DNA of 64,000 nucleotides, taken from the NCBI GenBank assembly GCA_951406725.2, contig OX597822.1, positions 117,676,001 through 117,740,000 of the forward strand, in the 5' to 3' direction. The stretch comes from Octopus vulgaris (taxonomy: Eukaryota). A model generated the notes under the pieces. It worked only from the letters and a program-made list of their open reading frames with translations. It ran no database searches and was not told the DNA's origin. Both the position numbers and the translations under genes were made by a program. Positions within the stretch are counted from its first letter, which is position 1, and every line of letters begins with the position of its first letter. Shown here one piece after another: positions 1 through 12,856 of the stretch.

Positions 1-78
1 TCACACCTTTGTATTACATATATAAATATGATCGTATGTATATATGTACGTGTATATGTATACATACACACACGAATA

Positions 79-167
<89 letters not shown>

Positions 168-373
168 GTTACACGCATACATACATGTATGTATGCAATC
201 AGTTATATTTGCTTCTCTGTCTTTCCTTAGTCAATTTATGTTCTGTTCTAAATTGGGGCGTCATAGATATACAAGATAAAATTTCACCATATCGCCATAT
301 TGTCAATATAACATTGGTAAGCAGACTGTAAAAGTACATCATTAAAATCATTAATATATATATACATATGTGT

Positions 374-410
<37 letters not shown>

Positions 411-589
411 GTGTATGTGTGTGTCTGCCTATCTGTCTGCATGTATGTATGTCAACTGAATATAGATATTAATATAAAAGAGCGGATGACAGTAGCTGAA
501 AGCAAAAACAGTTTTCGTTTCTGGTTTCCATTCACACAACAACAGTCGTAAATGGATGATCGATAATACGAAACTACAGAAATTATAGC

Positions 590-631
<42 letters not shown>

Positions 632-1149
632 ATCTATCTATCTCCCATTCTCTCCTTATTTACTTCTCTCTTCTTATCTCTCACTTCTCCCTCTTTCCTT
701 CTCCATTTTCCTCTCTTTCTCTCCCTCTCTTTCTCTCTCAAAGTGCAAATGTATTAATCATTAATAAAACCGAATCCTTCGTTAAGGCCATCAATACATA
801 TGTTCCCTGTCCTAATATGGCATTTGTAAGTAGGGCATTTTACTATCAAATGTCTCAGTCTACTTATCTGCAAATAGGCTGCATCATTAAGAAAAACTTC
901 ACCTCTGAATGAAAGACCAAACAATTAATTGCCTCAGTTTGTTGTCACCACTAAGTAGACATCCCTGTCAATGAAAAATTCAAGTCCCCCAGTCGTTGTT
1001 TTCACACCTACCTGATCAACTAAGAGAAACATATTGTAAACGGTTTCTCAGATATTACTTATAGTACCTCAATCTTCCGATGCAAGACAGATATGTGGGA
1101 CTTTTGATCTCAATACAGTACAGCAGCTTGCTTGTTGCTAATATTTGAA

Positions 1150-1478
1150 TCAGCCTAGTCGTGGTACTCCGTCGGTTACAGTATGCTCGTGAAATTAATG
1201 TGCAAGTGTACCCGGACCGTAGTTCTCGAGGAGATTCAGCGTGACACAGTGTGTGACAAGGCTGGCCACTTTGAAATACAAGTACAACAGAAACGGGAAG
1301 AAAGAGTGAGAGAAAGTTGTGGTGAAAGAGTACAGCAGGGTTCGCCTCTCTCCTACCGGAGCATCGTGGAGCTTTAGGTGTTTTCGCTCAATAAACATTC
1401 ACAACGCCCGGTCAGGGAATTGCAACTTCGATCCTACGACCGTGAGTCCGCTGCCCTAACCACTGGACCATTGCGCCT
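1150..1478 (-). mobile_element. tRNA-derived SINE family C (tail type 1)
   Basis: Head AGGCGCAATGGTCCAGTGGTTAGGGCAGCGGACTC followed by a B-box-like motif. Confidence 0.85.
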
Positions 1479-2044
1479 GTAACAACAGGCCTAGTAAGAA
1501 GAGAGACAAATGGAAAGTGAAAAATAGGGCAACTGATTAAAATACGAATGTAGCTTAATTGTCAATGAAATTATGAATGTGAAAGATTTATGAGTGTGTA
1601 AATTTTATTTTTTAACTGAAATAATAAAAAAAAAACAATAAAAAAATATTTAATTTAATGAGACGAAAACTATGAAATTCTTTGCGGTGTCGTTGATGAT
1701 TTTTTCCTCATTGCAATGATGCCGGTGGCATACATAAAAAGTCTCCTCAGAATAAAAAGAATATGTAGAATTATATTATCATCCTCAATTAGAGTAACAA
1801 ACACTCATAAGTTTTTTCTTTTAGAACTTCATTGCATGAAAGTCCTCGAACTGAATTCTATCACTTAAGCTAAGATAAATATATTTTTCTATAAAATAAG
1901 AAAGATATTTAGATCTAGACTTGATAGGTGGCGCTACTTATTCTCCTTTAACGTCGCTACGGAGTTTCATATTATTTAGATCCTCACGTATAATCTGGTC
2001 TATCCGTTGGTCACATCACTCGTCTTTGTAAGCGACAACTCAGC

Positions 2045-2142
<98 letters not shown>

Positions 2143-2143
2143 G

Positions 2144-2176
<33 letters not shown>

Positions 2177-2539
2177 ATATTCATATGTATGTTCGTATGT
2201 GTGTGTGTATAGTTGACGTTATAAAATATGTATAAACTTTTGAGAGAACGTGGAATAACCCTGTTCTGGCATTGGATCTCGATGTATAAATAAGGTCATA
2301 AATAATAGCATCAACATATTGTGCTGACAAACCCATTTTGGACAGCCTTCGACTTTTTCTATCAAAAATGTTATTTCTTCCTCACAGTATTTACATATTA
2401 CTGTTTAGAGCTGCTTTACGTGTATTTGGAAATTTAATTCTGAAAAAGAATTATTATACGTCTTTCAGAAGTTCATAAATTGTTATGACGTCAACACTAT
2501 AAACTGTCGCTGATAACACTAAAGTTACTAAAATAGATA

Positions 2540-3123
2540 GAGTGTTTGGTGCAATTTATATTAATGGGTAGGACCAAATTGACGAAAAAAAGGAGCAGAG
2601 TCGGGTAGCGAACCCGTATCGTCATCATTTTTGTGCATGTGCGTAAAATGGCGAAAGTTTTCGATCTGGGTCAGAGTTCGTCAAATTGATGTCACGATGG
2701 CTAGTGTGCAAAATTCATAACTTTTGTTTGAGAAATAAAGTGGTCTTATCTAATCAAAACCTGAAGAGTTGGGGAATTAAAACAACGAATTAAATAAGTT
2801 TTAGCAAATCGAAACAATTCGCATTGAAATGAAGAATTAGCAAATTACCATTAATAAGTTGTATGTTTACACCCATGAAACATTTTTCGTCAAATTTCGC
2901 CATTTTTCGTCAAATTGACGTCACGATGGCTAATGCGAAAAATGCAGAAATTTTAAGACTTTTGAAAAATCGATGCTAATTAAAAATCGATTTTTAAAAA
3001 ATTCCAAGTGTGTAAGTGACCGCATGAACACGTGTCAAGTTCCATCAAGGTCTGTTGAATAGACTCGGAGGAGTTAAAGTAACAAATTGGCAAACACACA
3101 AACTTGCCATTTATTATTATAGA
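2540..3123 (-). mobile_element. Probable non-autonomous Helitron (third family)
   Basis: 5' end A|TCTATAATAATAAATGGC. Internal repeat at about 2678-2715 and 2907-2943. Hairpin CGGGT-tcgct-ACCCG near the far end. No clear 3' CTAG. Confidence 0.55.
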
Positions 3124-3316
3124 TTGTCTTTTCTTTAAAGTTAGGCATATCACCATGGATACCACTATGTGAAGTAGGTTGTTTATATATAGTATTTTAT
3201 GCACATCATGCAAACACACGCAAACACACATATATTTATGAACATACACACATGCACACTCACACACACACACATATACACACACGAATAGGTTTGTATG
3301 CACATGTGCATAGTGC

Positions 3317-3585
3317 ATGTGTGTGTATGTGTGTGTATGTGTGTGTATGTGTGTGTATGTGTGTGTATGTGTGTGTATGTGTGTGTATGTGTGTGTGAGT
3401 GTGTGTATGTGTGTGTATGTGTGTGTATGTGTGTGTGAGTGTGTGTATGTGTGTGTATGTGTGTGTATGTGTGTGTATGTGTGTATGTGTGTGTATGTGT
3501 GTGCATGTGTGTGTATGTGTGTGTATGTGTGTGTATGTGTGTGTATGTGTGTGTATGTGTGTGTATGTGTGTGTATGTGTGTGTA

Positions 3586-3617
<32 letters not shown>

Positions 3618-3697
3618 TGTATGTGTGTGTATGTGTGTGTATGTGTGTGTATGTGTGTGTATGTGTGTGTATGTGTGTGTATGTGTGTGTATGTGTG
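3317..3697. repeat. (GTGTGTATGT)n decamer satellite
   Basis: Direct reading. Confidence 0.95.
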
Positions 3698-4479
3698 TCT
3701 GTACATCAACTCTTTTATATTGTGTACCTATTACCTTTGTATAATTTCAATTGCATGTATGTATAAATAAATACATACAGAACCCCTCCTACCACATGTA
3801 TATGCTTATAAACGTATCATGTGGAAACTTCTAAAGATTTACTAACTTTTCTCTATAATTTTAACACAACTGGCTCTACTAAAGACTGTTGTACAATCGC
3901 CCATAGACATCTTCCGCATGATATACACAGCATAATTCACGTCAAACTTGCTTTGCTTGTAAGAAAATATATTTTGAAACCATACCTCGACGATGCCAAA
4001 TAATTCCGTCTTTCAACAAAAGCAAGACACAAACACTACATACACCAGGAAACATATCTTACACAACACAGTTCTTACACATAAATCTACACAAATAAAG
4101 GATTGAAAATTACTACAAACGCACGTCTGAAATATCTTTGGTGAGGTTTCAAAGCAATTGTACATATGCAACATCTCAAATATTAACGTTTAGAATACAT
4201 ATTACTGACTGATTGTTCTCTAGAAATTGTCTGCCATTATATTTGTCTATAGTTGAGGGTAATCACAACATAATAGGTTATGTAACACTCTGTACAAACT
4301 GATTTATTGGATATTAATAAAATGCTTTAAGAAGCTATAGCCACTACATTCTATTCCATTATGCTTTGGGCCCACTCAGTATTAACTCCAACAATAATTT
4401 TCGCTAAGAACTATTTTTTCCTATACTTTAATATTTCTCTCTGGCTACTAATATGGTTCCGTGGAGGAACACGAACTTA

Positions 4480-5180
4480 TGAGTTACTCATCTAACTCAC
4501 CGCTGACCATCGAAATTTGGGTGGAACACACCCTGGTATTTGACATATTTAACTAATTTAACGCGTTTGCTATGAGCATGTTCGACTGTGCCTGCCTGTC
4601 ACTGGCTTCCATTTCTCTCCGTCTCTCGAATTTGAAGCTCCTCCCAGTTTAGATTAGCGTGCATTAATGGATTTCTCTGGTCCCCATCCCATCAACCCTG
4701 GTGTGCTGCAAGGCACACATTCTTTATGCTGTTCATTAACGATCTCGTTACATATAGCACTTACTTCTCTGCCAATAACAGCCACTCTTTCTTGCTCTCT
4801 AACTCTCCATACGCAGCCGAGATATCACAGGCAAACCTGTACTGACTCCATGATCAGGCATTCAAAACCTTTTCTTCGGTGGAAACAAGGCAATTATGTC
4901 TCTTTTCACAGCATCGCAATTCTGTCTGTTTTTCCCAGCATGTGAAGGAAACAATCTCCATCCACAGTCTGACTAGAAGACTGCAGTAGCACAAAATATC
5001 CTTCCTCAAAGTCCCCACAAACACAATCACTGGTTACCTCCTCCTGTTGATCTCATATCCATGACAAGCAAACCTATTTCTCAAAGACGAGAATTCTTAA
5101 AACCAGAAAATATTTTTCGGCCCCGAGGAGTTGCTTACTTTCAACTATACTCAAAATCAACGCATAACTATTTATTCAGT
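4480..5180 (+). mobile_element. Highly degraded LINE RT remnant
   Basis: PINPGVLQG resembles GVPQG; otherwise disrupted. Confidence 0.4.
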
Positions 5181-5223
5181 AAAGTAGGTTTGTCACTGCT
5201 ACCACATAAGCAGATAATTGACA

Positions 5224-5606
5224 AGGAGTGGCTGTGTGGTAAGTAGCTTGCTTATCAACCACATGGTTCCGGGTTCAGTCCCACTTTGAGCTAGTGTCTT
5301 CTACTACAGCTTCGGGCTGACCAAAGCCTTCTGAGTGGATTTGATAGACGGAAACTGAAAGAAGCCCGTCGTATATATGTATATGTATACATATGTGTGT
5401 GTGTTTGTCCCCCCTACCCCAACATCGCTTAACAACCGATGCTGGTGTGTTTACGTCCCTGTAACTTAGCGGTTCGGCAAAAGAGACGGATAAAATGAGT
5501 ACTAGGCTTACAAAGAATAAGTCCTGGGGTCGATTTGCTCGACTAAAGCCGGTGCTCCGGCATGACCGCAATCAAATATGACTGAAACAAGTAAAAGAGT
5601 AAGGAG
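5224..5606 (+). mobile_element. tRNA-derived SINE family A
   Basis: A-box TGGCTGTGTGGT, B-box GGGTTCAGTCCC, internal microsatellite, tail GTAAAAGA repeats; many copies in the window. Confidence 0.9.
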
Positions 5607-6730
5607 TCAACAACATAAACAGTTAATTGACAAAGACTTAACAACACAATTCAATTTCTCGTGCACAAATCCACTGTCTTTTCAAACTACCATTTCTACG
5701 AAAAATACGTCTTCCCAGAGCAGAGCTGTATCCATATCAACCAAGGTCCATCTTACATACTCATCTCTCTATTTCATGTCACAAGATATTGTTCTTCTCT
5801 TACACATTTAGACTCCTCAGTAACAAAATAGGAAGTGGTAACCTCCAAAAGAACATTGATACGCAGCATAATTTAAGACAATTATTTACATGGAATTCCT
5901 CTTATTGGTTTAACTAGACGAAGGCCTAACTCACATTGATTTGACCCGTTCTTGACAGTGAGGGACAGTTGTGGTTCTCCGGGTAAGTATTGTTAGGAAA
6001 AGCCCGCAAAAGCTTGTAACATTCTGGAATAGTTCTGGAATAGTTCTGCCTTCACAGCTATATATAGGCACATTTATTTTCATACTGTTTCAACAGAAGT
6101 TCGGATCGCTGTGCGGTCATGAATACGATCAGCAATGAAAGATTAGCTGGGAACCAAAGTTCAAAGTATTGTTACAACAACGCTAATCAAGAAAGGGACA
6201 AACAGACCTTAAGGTATATCTTAATGGCAGCAACTGAGTTAGAGAAGTTCTCTATTCACAAAGCAGTACAATGGGAAACAGATTCTGATTTGATAATTTT
6301 AACAAAATGGAATAAGAATTCTGGAGTGACAAGCCAGAATATGAAAGCGAGAGGCGATTCAGGAATTAGATTCACTATAAGAACATATTACCAAAGGTAA
6401 CAGAATTTGCTACGTCAGTAAACGACATTAATAGGTTCCCTTGACAAGGAAATGCTTTGTTACAATTATCACTGTGTAAGCAGCAACAGCGTCTCTCTGC
6501 CCCAATAAAAGCAAAGAAGGCTTCAAAAGCAACTAAGAACCACACGTTTCGCAATAACAGTCACGCGGTGAGACTTTATGTCCGAATAATATATTTTGTC
6601 ACAGTATGAAGTTTATTGCTTCGTGAGAGAGCCATGCAGACTAAATTTAGATCGGTATTCACACTTCAAATTAAATTTATAATGTGTATACAAACGTAAA
6701 ACAGTGTTAGTAGTGAGATTCTAACGAAGG

Positions 6731-6882
6731 GCGCAGGAGAGGCTGTGTGGTAAGTAGCTTGCTTACCAACCACATGGTTCTGGGTTCAGTCCCAATGCGT
6801 GGCATCTTGGGCAAGTGTCTTTTACTATAGCCTCGGGCCAACCAAAGCCTTGTGAGTGGATTTGGTAGACGGAAGCCCGTCG

Positions 6883-6914
<32 letters not shown>

Positions 6915-7135
6915 AGTGTGTGTATGTTTATGTGCCTGTGTCCCCCTAGCATTGCTTGACAACCGATGCTGGTGTGTTTACGTCCCCGTAACATAGCGGT
7001 TCGACAAATGAGACCGATAAAACAAGTACTGTGCTTACAAAGAATAAGTCCCGGGGTCGATTTGCTCGACTAAAAGCGGTGCTCCAGCATGGCTGCAGTC
7101 AAATGACTGAAACAAGTAAAAGAGTAAAAGAGTAA
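6731..7135 (+). mobile_element. SINE family A
   Basis: Full-length copy with CORE-like CTTGGGCAAGT. Confidence 0.9.
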
Positions 7136-8052
7136 AGGAAATCACTTGAGGAACCTTGCGTGTTAAAAGACTGTGGTCATGGTTCTTCGTGATTAACCGG
7201 TTCTTCCTTGGAAAGAGCAGCTCCGTCACTTAAGGTACTACGTAATCTTTCTTTAGCCTTAGTTTGAAAAATTCTCAGGTATCCCAAGCAGCATCTGCAT
7301 GCAATACAAATGGACTAACAAGAACTAGGGAACCATTAATTCAAGATGAACTTACGATACATTCGTTCCCCATTATGAGTATATTTATACACATAATCGA
7401 ATACATACACATACGCACTCACACATACACACACTCACATACATATACATATATACATATAAATACATGTATATATGTGTGTGTATGCGTATGTGTACGC
7501 GCTTGCGCGTGTTAATTCACTCGTACATTCGCACACGCAGACAAGCAAATAAACAGACCAACAAATAGAGAGACAATTGTTGTACGATAAATGCTGTGCG
7601 TTTTAATTCCATTCTTAAGTCGTTAATAATTGTTCGCTTGTATACTCATATGTCGGACATAGTTTTGAATTTAATGTATCTGATACGTCTGGGAATAGTC
7701 AGAAATGCGTAAGTACATCTCGAAATAATGTTTCCTAATGCTAGCCATTATCATTTGCATTATCAGAAAATAGAAGACAAGTGGGGGACTTGTTACTAAA
7801 GGGAGAAATTTATTGTAGACGGTGCTCTTAGATAATTGCAGAAAGAAAAGATGGCCGGCTGAGAATTCCATCTCATATACAGTTAAGATAAATTATATGT
7901 TGTCTGTTGCACAGTTAAGTAAGAGTCATTGTTTGAATGTCTATCAAGTGTAAGAGTTGAAGACGTGTGTGTCCTGAAGTACGCGCCTCAAACACTTGAT
8001 TGAAGAATGACGCACTCATGCAGATGCAAAAATGTACACACACACTCACATG

Positions 8053-8088
<36 letters not shown>

Positions 8089-8303
8089 CACGTAAACTAG
8101 GTAAAAAAAACGAATAAAGCATATTAGGCTTACGCTTAGGAGATAGGAAAAATAGAAGAAAAAGTCTCATACATTCTTCTTAAAGAATAGGCAATGAGAG
8201 AAAAATGAGGAACACGTCTCTCTCTCTCTCTGTATATATAGTAAGAAAAAGGGAGGAACTTTGATTATCCTCACGTGGATGGATAGATGTAATGCAATAT
8301 ATG

Positions 8304-8346
<43 letters not shown>

Positions 8347-8399
8347 AAAGAAAAGGCACTCACTTTACATAGTTTGAATATAATTTTTAATATATTTTA

Positions 8400-9600
8400 T
8401 GTTGTTGTCGACCGATTTCGCTTTCGCTAATCATGACATTGAAATTATTATAATATCGTGTTCTCTTAAGAATATTTTAGTCCATGTTGTGTGTAAAGTT
8501 TGAGAATGAATGATTCAACAACTAGAAGAACGTAAGGGGAGGTAATTTCTCATCCTTCTGGGAGGGGATGAATAAATATACACAAAAGCTCAAAAGCTAA
8601 AGTAGTGAGATGAAATATGTACAGTGATGGGTATGATATCGTGAATTAAAATATATACTGAGATCAAAGTTGGTTATGGGTTCATATTTAGACGTGTTCT
8701 GTATTTTTCGAAGAACAAATTTTCTTTATATAAACGTTCTTGTATAGATATAGATTCTTTGCACTGGTAGATGGGGAGCACTGTCAAGTTTGGTTGGATA
8801 TTACCTGCACATCTCTCTATGTGTTCATTCAAGAGAATCTGTCTGTATTGCGGGAACCAGATCTGTTCCGTGAGTAGTGTAGTTCTCCGTCTCAGTGTCA
8901 TACTTGTCTGACCTATATAATGTCCACAACGTGAACAAGTCATAACATAAATTAGATTCTCGGACACACAAGTGAACGTGGTTTTAATTGTGAACCTCTC
9001 TCCTTATTTGAATAGGAATTCCGTGCCTTCTAGTAGGTTGGGGCGTGTTCCATGTTTGAGCGTACACATTTTTAACCGTTCGTTTCGTGGTGGTTGGTGT
9101 GTAAAACTTCGCATTTGTTAGAAGTCTTTTTAGCGATGTGTGTTGCTTTTTGCATTTGATGAATTCATGCACTTTCAGAATGTTGTTCATTTTTGGGTCT
9201 CTATTTAGTAAAGGGAGTTTTTTTTTACAATAGTGTTGTATGCCTCATTGTTTCTAGGGTTGTGAGTTGATATATACAGTAGTGTTTTGAGATGAGTTGT
9301 GGTGTTACGTATTGTCGCCCTTAGTGCTTTAACGTCTAATTTCTAACCACACTTAATTCCATCGTCTGTAGGCGAAGGTGGATATTGTCTTTCAGTTAGT
9401 GTTGTCTTGAGGTTTGAACGATGAAGGGCCCGAGTATCTCTATCAGGCACTATTGTGTATTCTATCAGAGGCTATTATGCATTCTATCAGACACCTTTTA
9501 CTAAATTAAAGGGGGTATTTCTTTTGATGTGTTTTTGGCGACAAAAGCTAAACGGGAGTTATTGCTTCAAGTCTGTTGGTTTATGATAAATGTCAGTTAT
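8400..9600 (-). mobile_element. Penelope-like element remnant (RT C-terminus, GIY-YIG, pLTR)
   Basis: NLIYVMTCSRCGHYIGQT is a GIY-YIG motif with Cys pair. Upstream SLKRLL linker. A hammerhead-like motif lies downstream at 8406-8438. Confidence 0.85.
8406..8438 (-). ncRNA. Minimal hammerhead-like ribozyme, A3-U8 core
   Basis: UGUC AUGAUUA GC-GAAA-GC GAAA UCGG UC^ GACA. Confidence 0.65.
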
Positions 9601-9622
9601 AATTTGGTTGTTGACCTTTTAT

Positions 9623-9664
<42 letters not shown>

Positions 9665-9667
<3 letters not shown>

Positions 9668-10027
9668 CGCAGGAGTGGCTGTGTGGGTTCAGTCCCACTG
9701 CGCGGCATCTTGGGCAAGTGTCTTCTGCTATAGCCCTGGCCGACCAATGCCCTGTGAGTGGATTTGGTAGACGAAAACTGAAAGAAGCCTGTCGTATATA
9801 TGTATATGTGTGTGTGTGTGTTTGTGTGTCTGTGTTTGTCCCCCTAGCATTGCTTGACAACTGATGCTGGTGTGTTTACGTCCCCGTCACTTAGCGGTTC
9901 GGCAAAAGAGACCGATAGAATAAGTACTGGGCTTACAAAGAATAAGTCCTGGGGTCGATTTGCTCGACTAAAGGCGGTGCTCCAGCATGGCCGCAGTCAA
10001 ATGACTGAAACAAATAAAAGAGTAAAA

Positions 10028-10029
<2 letters not shown>
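9665..10029 (+). mobile_element. SINE family A (head deletion), within (TA)n
   Basis: Matches the other copies. Confidence 0.9.
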
Positions 10030-10091
<62 letters not shown>

Positions 10092-11199
10092 CAATATATG
10101 TATTACGTACATACATACGTATGTATATTTACATATATATATATCTTAAAAAGGTTAATTTGTTAAAGAAGGGGAGTTTAGATAAACGATATATGCTATT
10201 CCAATAGATTACGTAGAATACAATCTTTATCTAAACTTAACCACTTTTCTCTTCCTCGAGACTCCGGATTCACCTCATTGCGATCATTAGATGAACCGTT
10301 AATTTTGCTATTGTTCCAGCTTGTTTTATAGACAATGGAACATTAGTTCATTCCTTAGTGTATTGATATCATTTTCAGTGGATGGATTTTCGATGTTGTT
10401 CAAAGCGTTGCCACTAATTATCGTCGCCTTTCCTTTGCCAATTAGTGAATTATAGTTGCTTTTTAGTTCATGCGTAATTTCCTGTTATCGTTTTCAATTA
10501 TCCCAATCTTAAAGAATAGCTGCAAGCTAAGTTCAACATAACGACATATAAGCAAAAACTTAACGACGTAAGACCAAATTCTCAGAATAAAATCCGTTTG
10601 ACGTAGGATAAACGACAGTTAACGTCAACGCTGAGAACCCAGTTTATCAGAAGTTTCTAAACGTAAGCTTATCCCCCAAGTACCTGTGTCATTTAGGAAT
10701 TGTTAGAGCTCTTTAGCTATATTTCTCTTGTTATATTGCTTACTTTGTTGCTAATGTTAGTTGTATATTTGCAGAATACTCTAAATATGAAATATATAGC
10801 AAAAAAGAAAAAAAAAAAACCCGCAAAAGTCTTTATAATATTATTGATATCAAATATAGAATCTCTGTTTCAAGATGGGACAATGGCCGTTCATGCCGTA
10901 AAGACAAGAATTGGTAGGCTGTAAACAACAAAAACATGCAGAAAATGGGGACAGAAAATAAGGATCGGGTGCATTAATGTGTCAATCAAAATATGTATCA
11001 TATTTAAGGCACACCTCCACACACAAACACAAATATGTATTAAATAGAACTTCAGTTAGGGATGATTTCCGTAACATTGTATATGTACATACATACGTAT
11101 GTATGTAAGTATGTATGTATGTACGTATGTATGTATGTATATATGTATATATGTATGTGTGTGTATGCATGTATGTATGTATGTATGTATGTATGTATG

Positions 11200-11230
<31 letters not shown>

Positions 11231-11299
11231 GTATGTATGCATGTATGCATGTGTGTATGTATGTATTATATGTCTGTGTATGTTTGCGTATATGTATTA

Positions 11300-11348
<49 letters not shown>

Positions 11349-11372
11349 ACTATCTGTCTGTCTGTCTGTCTA

Positions 11373-11421
<49 letters not shown>

Positions 11422-11699
11422 GGCTATGGTCTGGTAGGGTGTGACGTTATAGTATTTCCAGAGAAGCACTCGACCCAAATACTGGTCTATTAATACTGTC
11501 GGGTCCCAGGCCAAAGCCAAAATTCGTCAGGTGTAGAAAATCCAAGATTCACGACGATTATATCGTCAAATGGGTTTCGCGAAGAGAAGAGAATCCAATG
11601 AAAGGAAGCAGAAACCGAAAATTCTTTAACACTTCCTTGTCATTTTCTTTTAATTGGATATATATATATATATATATATACATATATATGTATGTATGT

Positions 11700-11965
11700 A
11701 TATATATAACGGGAAGCTTTATGAAAATAGACAAAAGACGAAAGCAGGTTTACGGAAAATAAACAAAAGACGAAGGCAGGTGGAATACAAACAAACAATT
11801 GTATTAGTATGGCGCTCAGGAAATATAAATGAAACAAGTCTTTAACGTTTCGAGCCTACGCTCTTCAACAGAAAGATACACAGAGAAGAAACACAGAAAG
11901 AAGGAGAGAAAAACAAAAAAAAAAAATGCGTGCAGAGGCTAGCGAATCAACATGGCGATCTGATT
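11700..11965 (-). mobile_element. PLE pLTR-like repeat carrying a hammerhead-like motif
   Basis: Closely similar to 52115-52330. Confidence 0.7.
11839..11876 (-). ncRNA. Minimal hammerhead-like ribozyme, CUGUUGA core
   Basis: UCUUU CUGUUGA A GAGC-GUAG-GCUC GAAA CG UU^ AAAGA. Confidence 0.65.
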
Positions 11966-12394
11966 TCGGCCAGAAGTCAGAGATCAAACGTGAGACGCAA
12001 GAGCGAAATTAGGGGAGATAATAGGGTTAAATGACTTCGCTCCAACATAAGAGTGTGTGTGTGTGTATGAGAGAGTATTAGTGCATATGAGAGGTCTGGA
12101 CGTGTGTATGTATATATGATGTGATGTGTAAAGTCGTATGGTGTAGTGTAGAGAGAGGAGATGAGGGAAGAGAGGGGGAGGTAAGGGGGAGAGATGAGGG
12201 GGAGAGAGGGGAGGGGAAGGGGAAGGGGGAGAAAGAAAGGGGAGAAGAGGAGGGGGAAGGGGGAGAAGAAAGGAGAGGAGGAGGGAGGATAAAGGGAGAG
12301 GGGGAGAGAGAGAGAGAAGGGAAGTGAGGGAGCAGAGAGAAAGAGGGAAGGGGAAGAGGGAAAAAGGAGGGAGGGAGAAAGAGAATGTCAGGTC

Positions 12395-12590
12395 ACTCTT
12401 GAGCGGTACTGGTAACATGTAACCCAGTACAACCTGTTGCATGGTCGGGTCGTCGACGACTAAACTGGCAACCCCAGCAAGCTTACTTGGTGAGGATGGT
12501 GGTGGTTGGACACCCTGCAGGACGAAATATAAGACCTGTCAAAAGGTGGAAGAACTCATGCGTAGTCAACGGCCATCCAGAATCATGAGT
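12395..12590 (+). mobile_element. Interspersed repeat resembling an RTE-type 5'UTR
   Basis: Homologous to the minus strand of 35215-35405 (TACTGGTA...CC(A/G)GTACAA...ACTAAACT...GAGGATGG...ACGGCCATCCA). Confidence 0.55.
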
Positions 12591-12856
12591 ACATTGGTGT
12601 GTGTGTGTGTATGTGTGTGCGTGTGCATGTGTATGTGTATAATTGTATATATATTCTTATTTTTATATATCTTTTTAGATTTTTTATGTATCTTTTTATA
12701 TAATTATATAACTTTTATATGTTTATATATATTCATATTTAAAAAAAAAATTATTTATAGTTTTAAATTTGAATTTATTTATCTATTTATCTAAGCATTT
12801 ATTTATTTTTTATAAATAAAGAAAACATTTTTAAATTGTAAAAATTGCAAATTTTA

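Noticed and set aside
480-525. CGGATGA...GAAA hammerhead-like text
   Set aside because: No coherent stems I and III; likely chance.
5991-6180. Possible solo LTR (TGTT...AACA with TATA box)
   Set aside because: No TSD, PBS or second copy visible.
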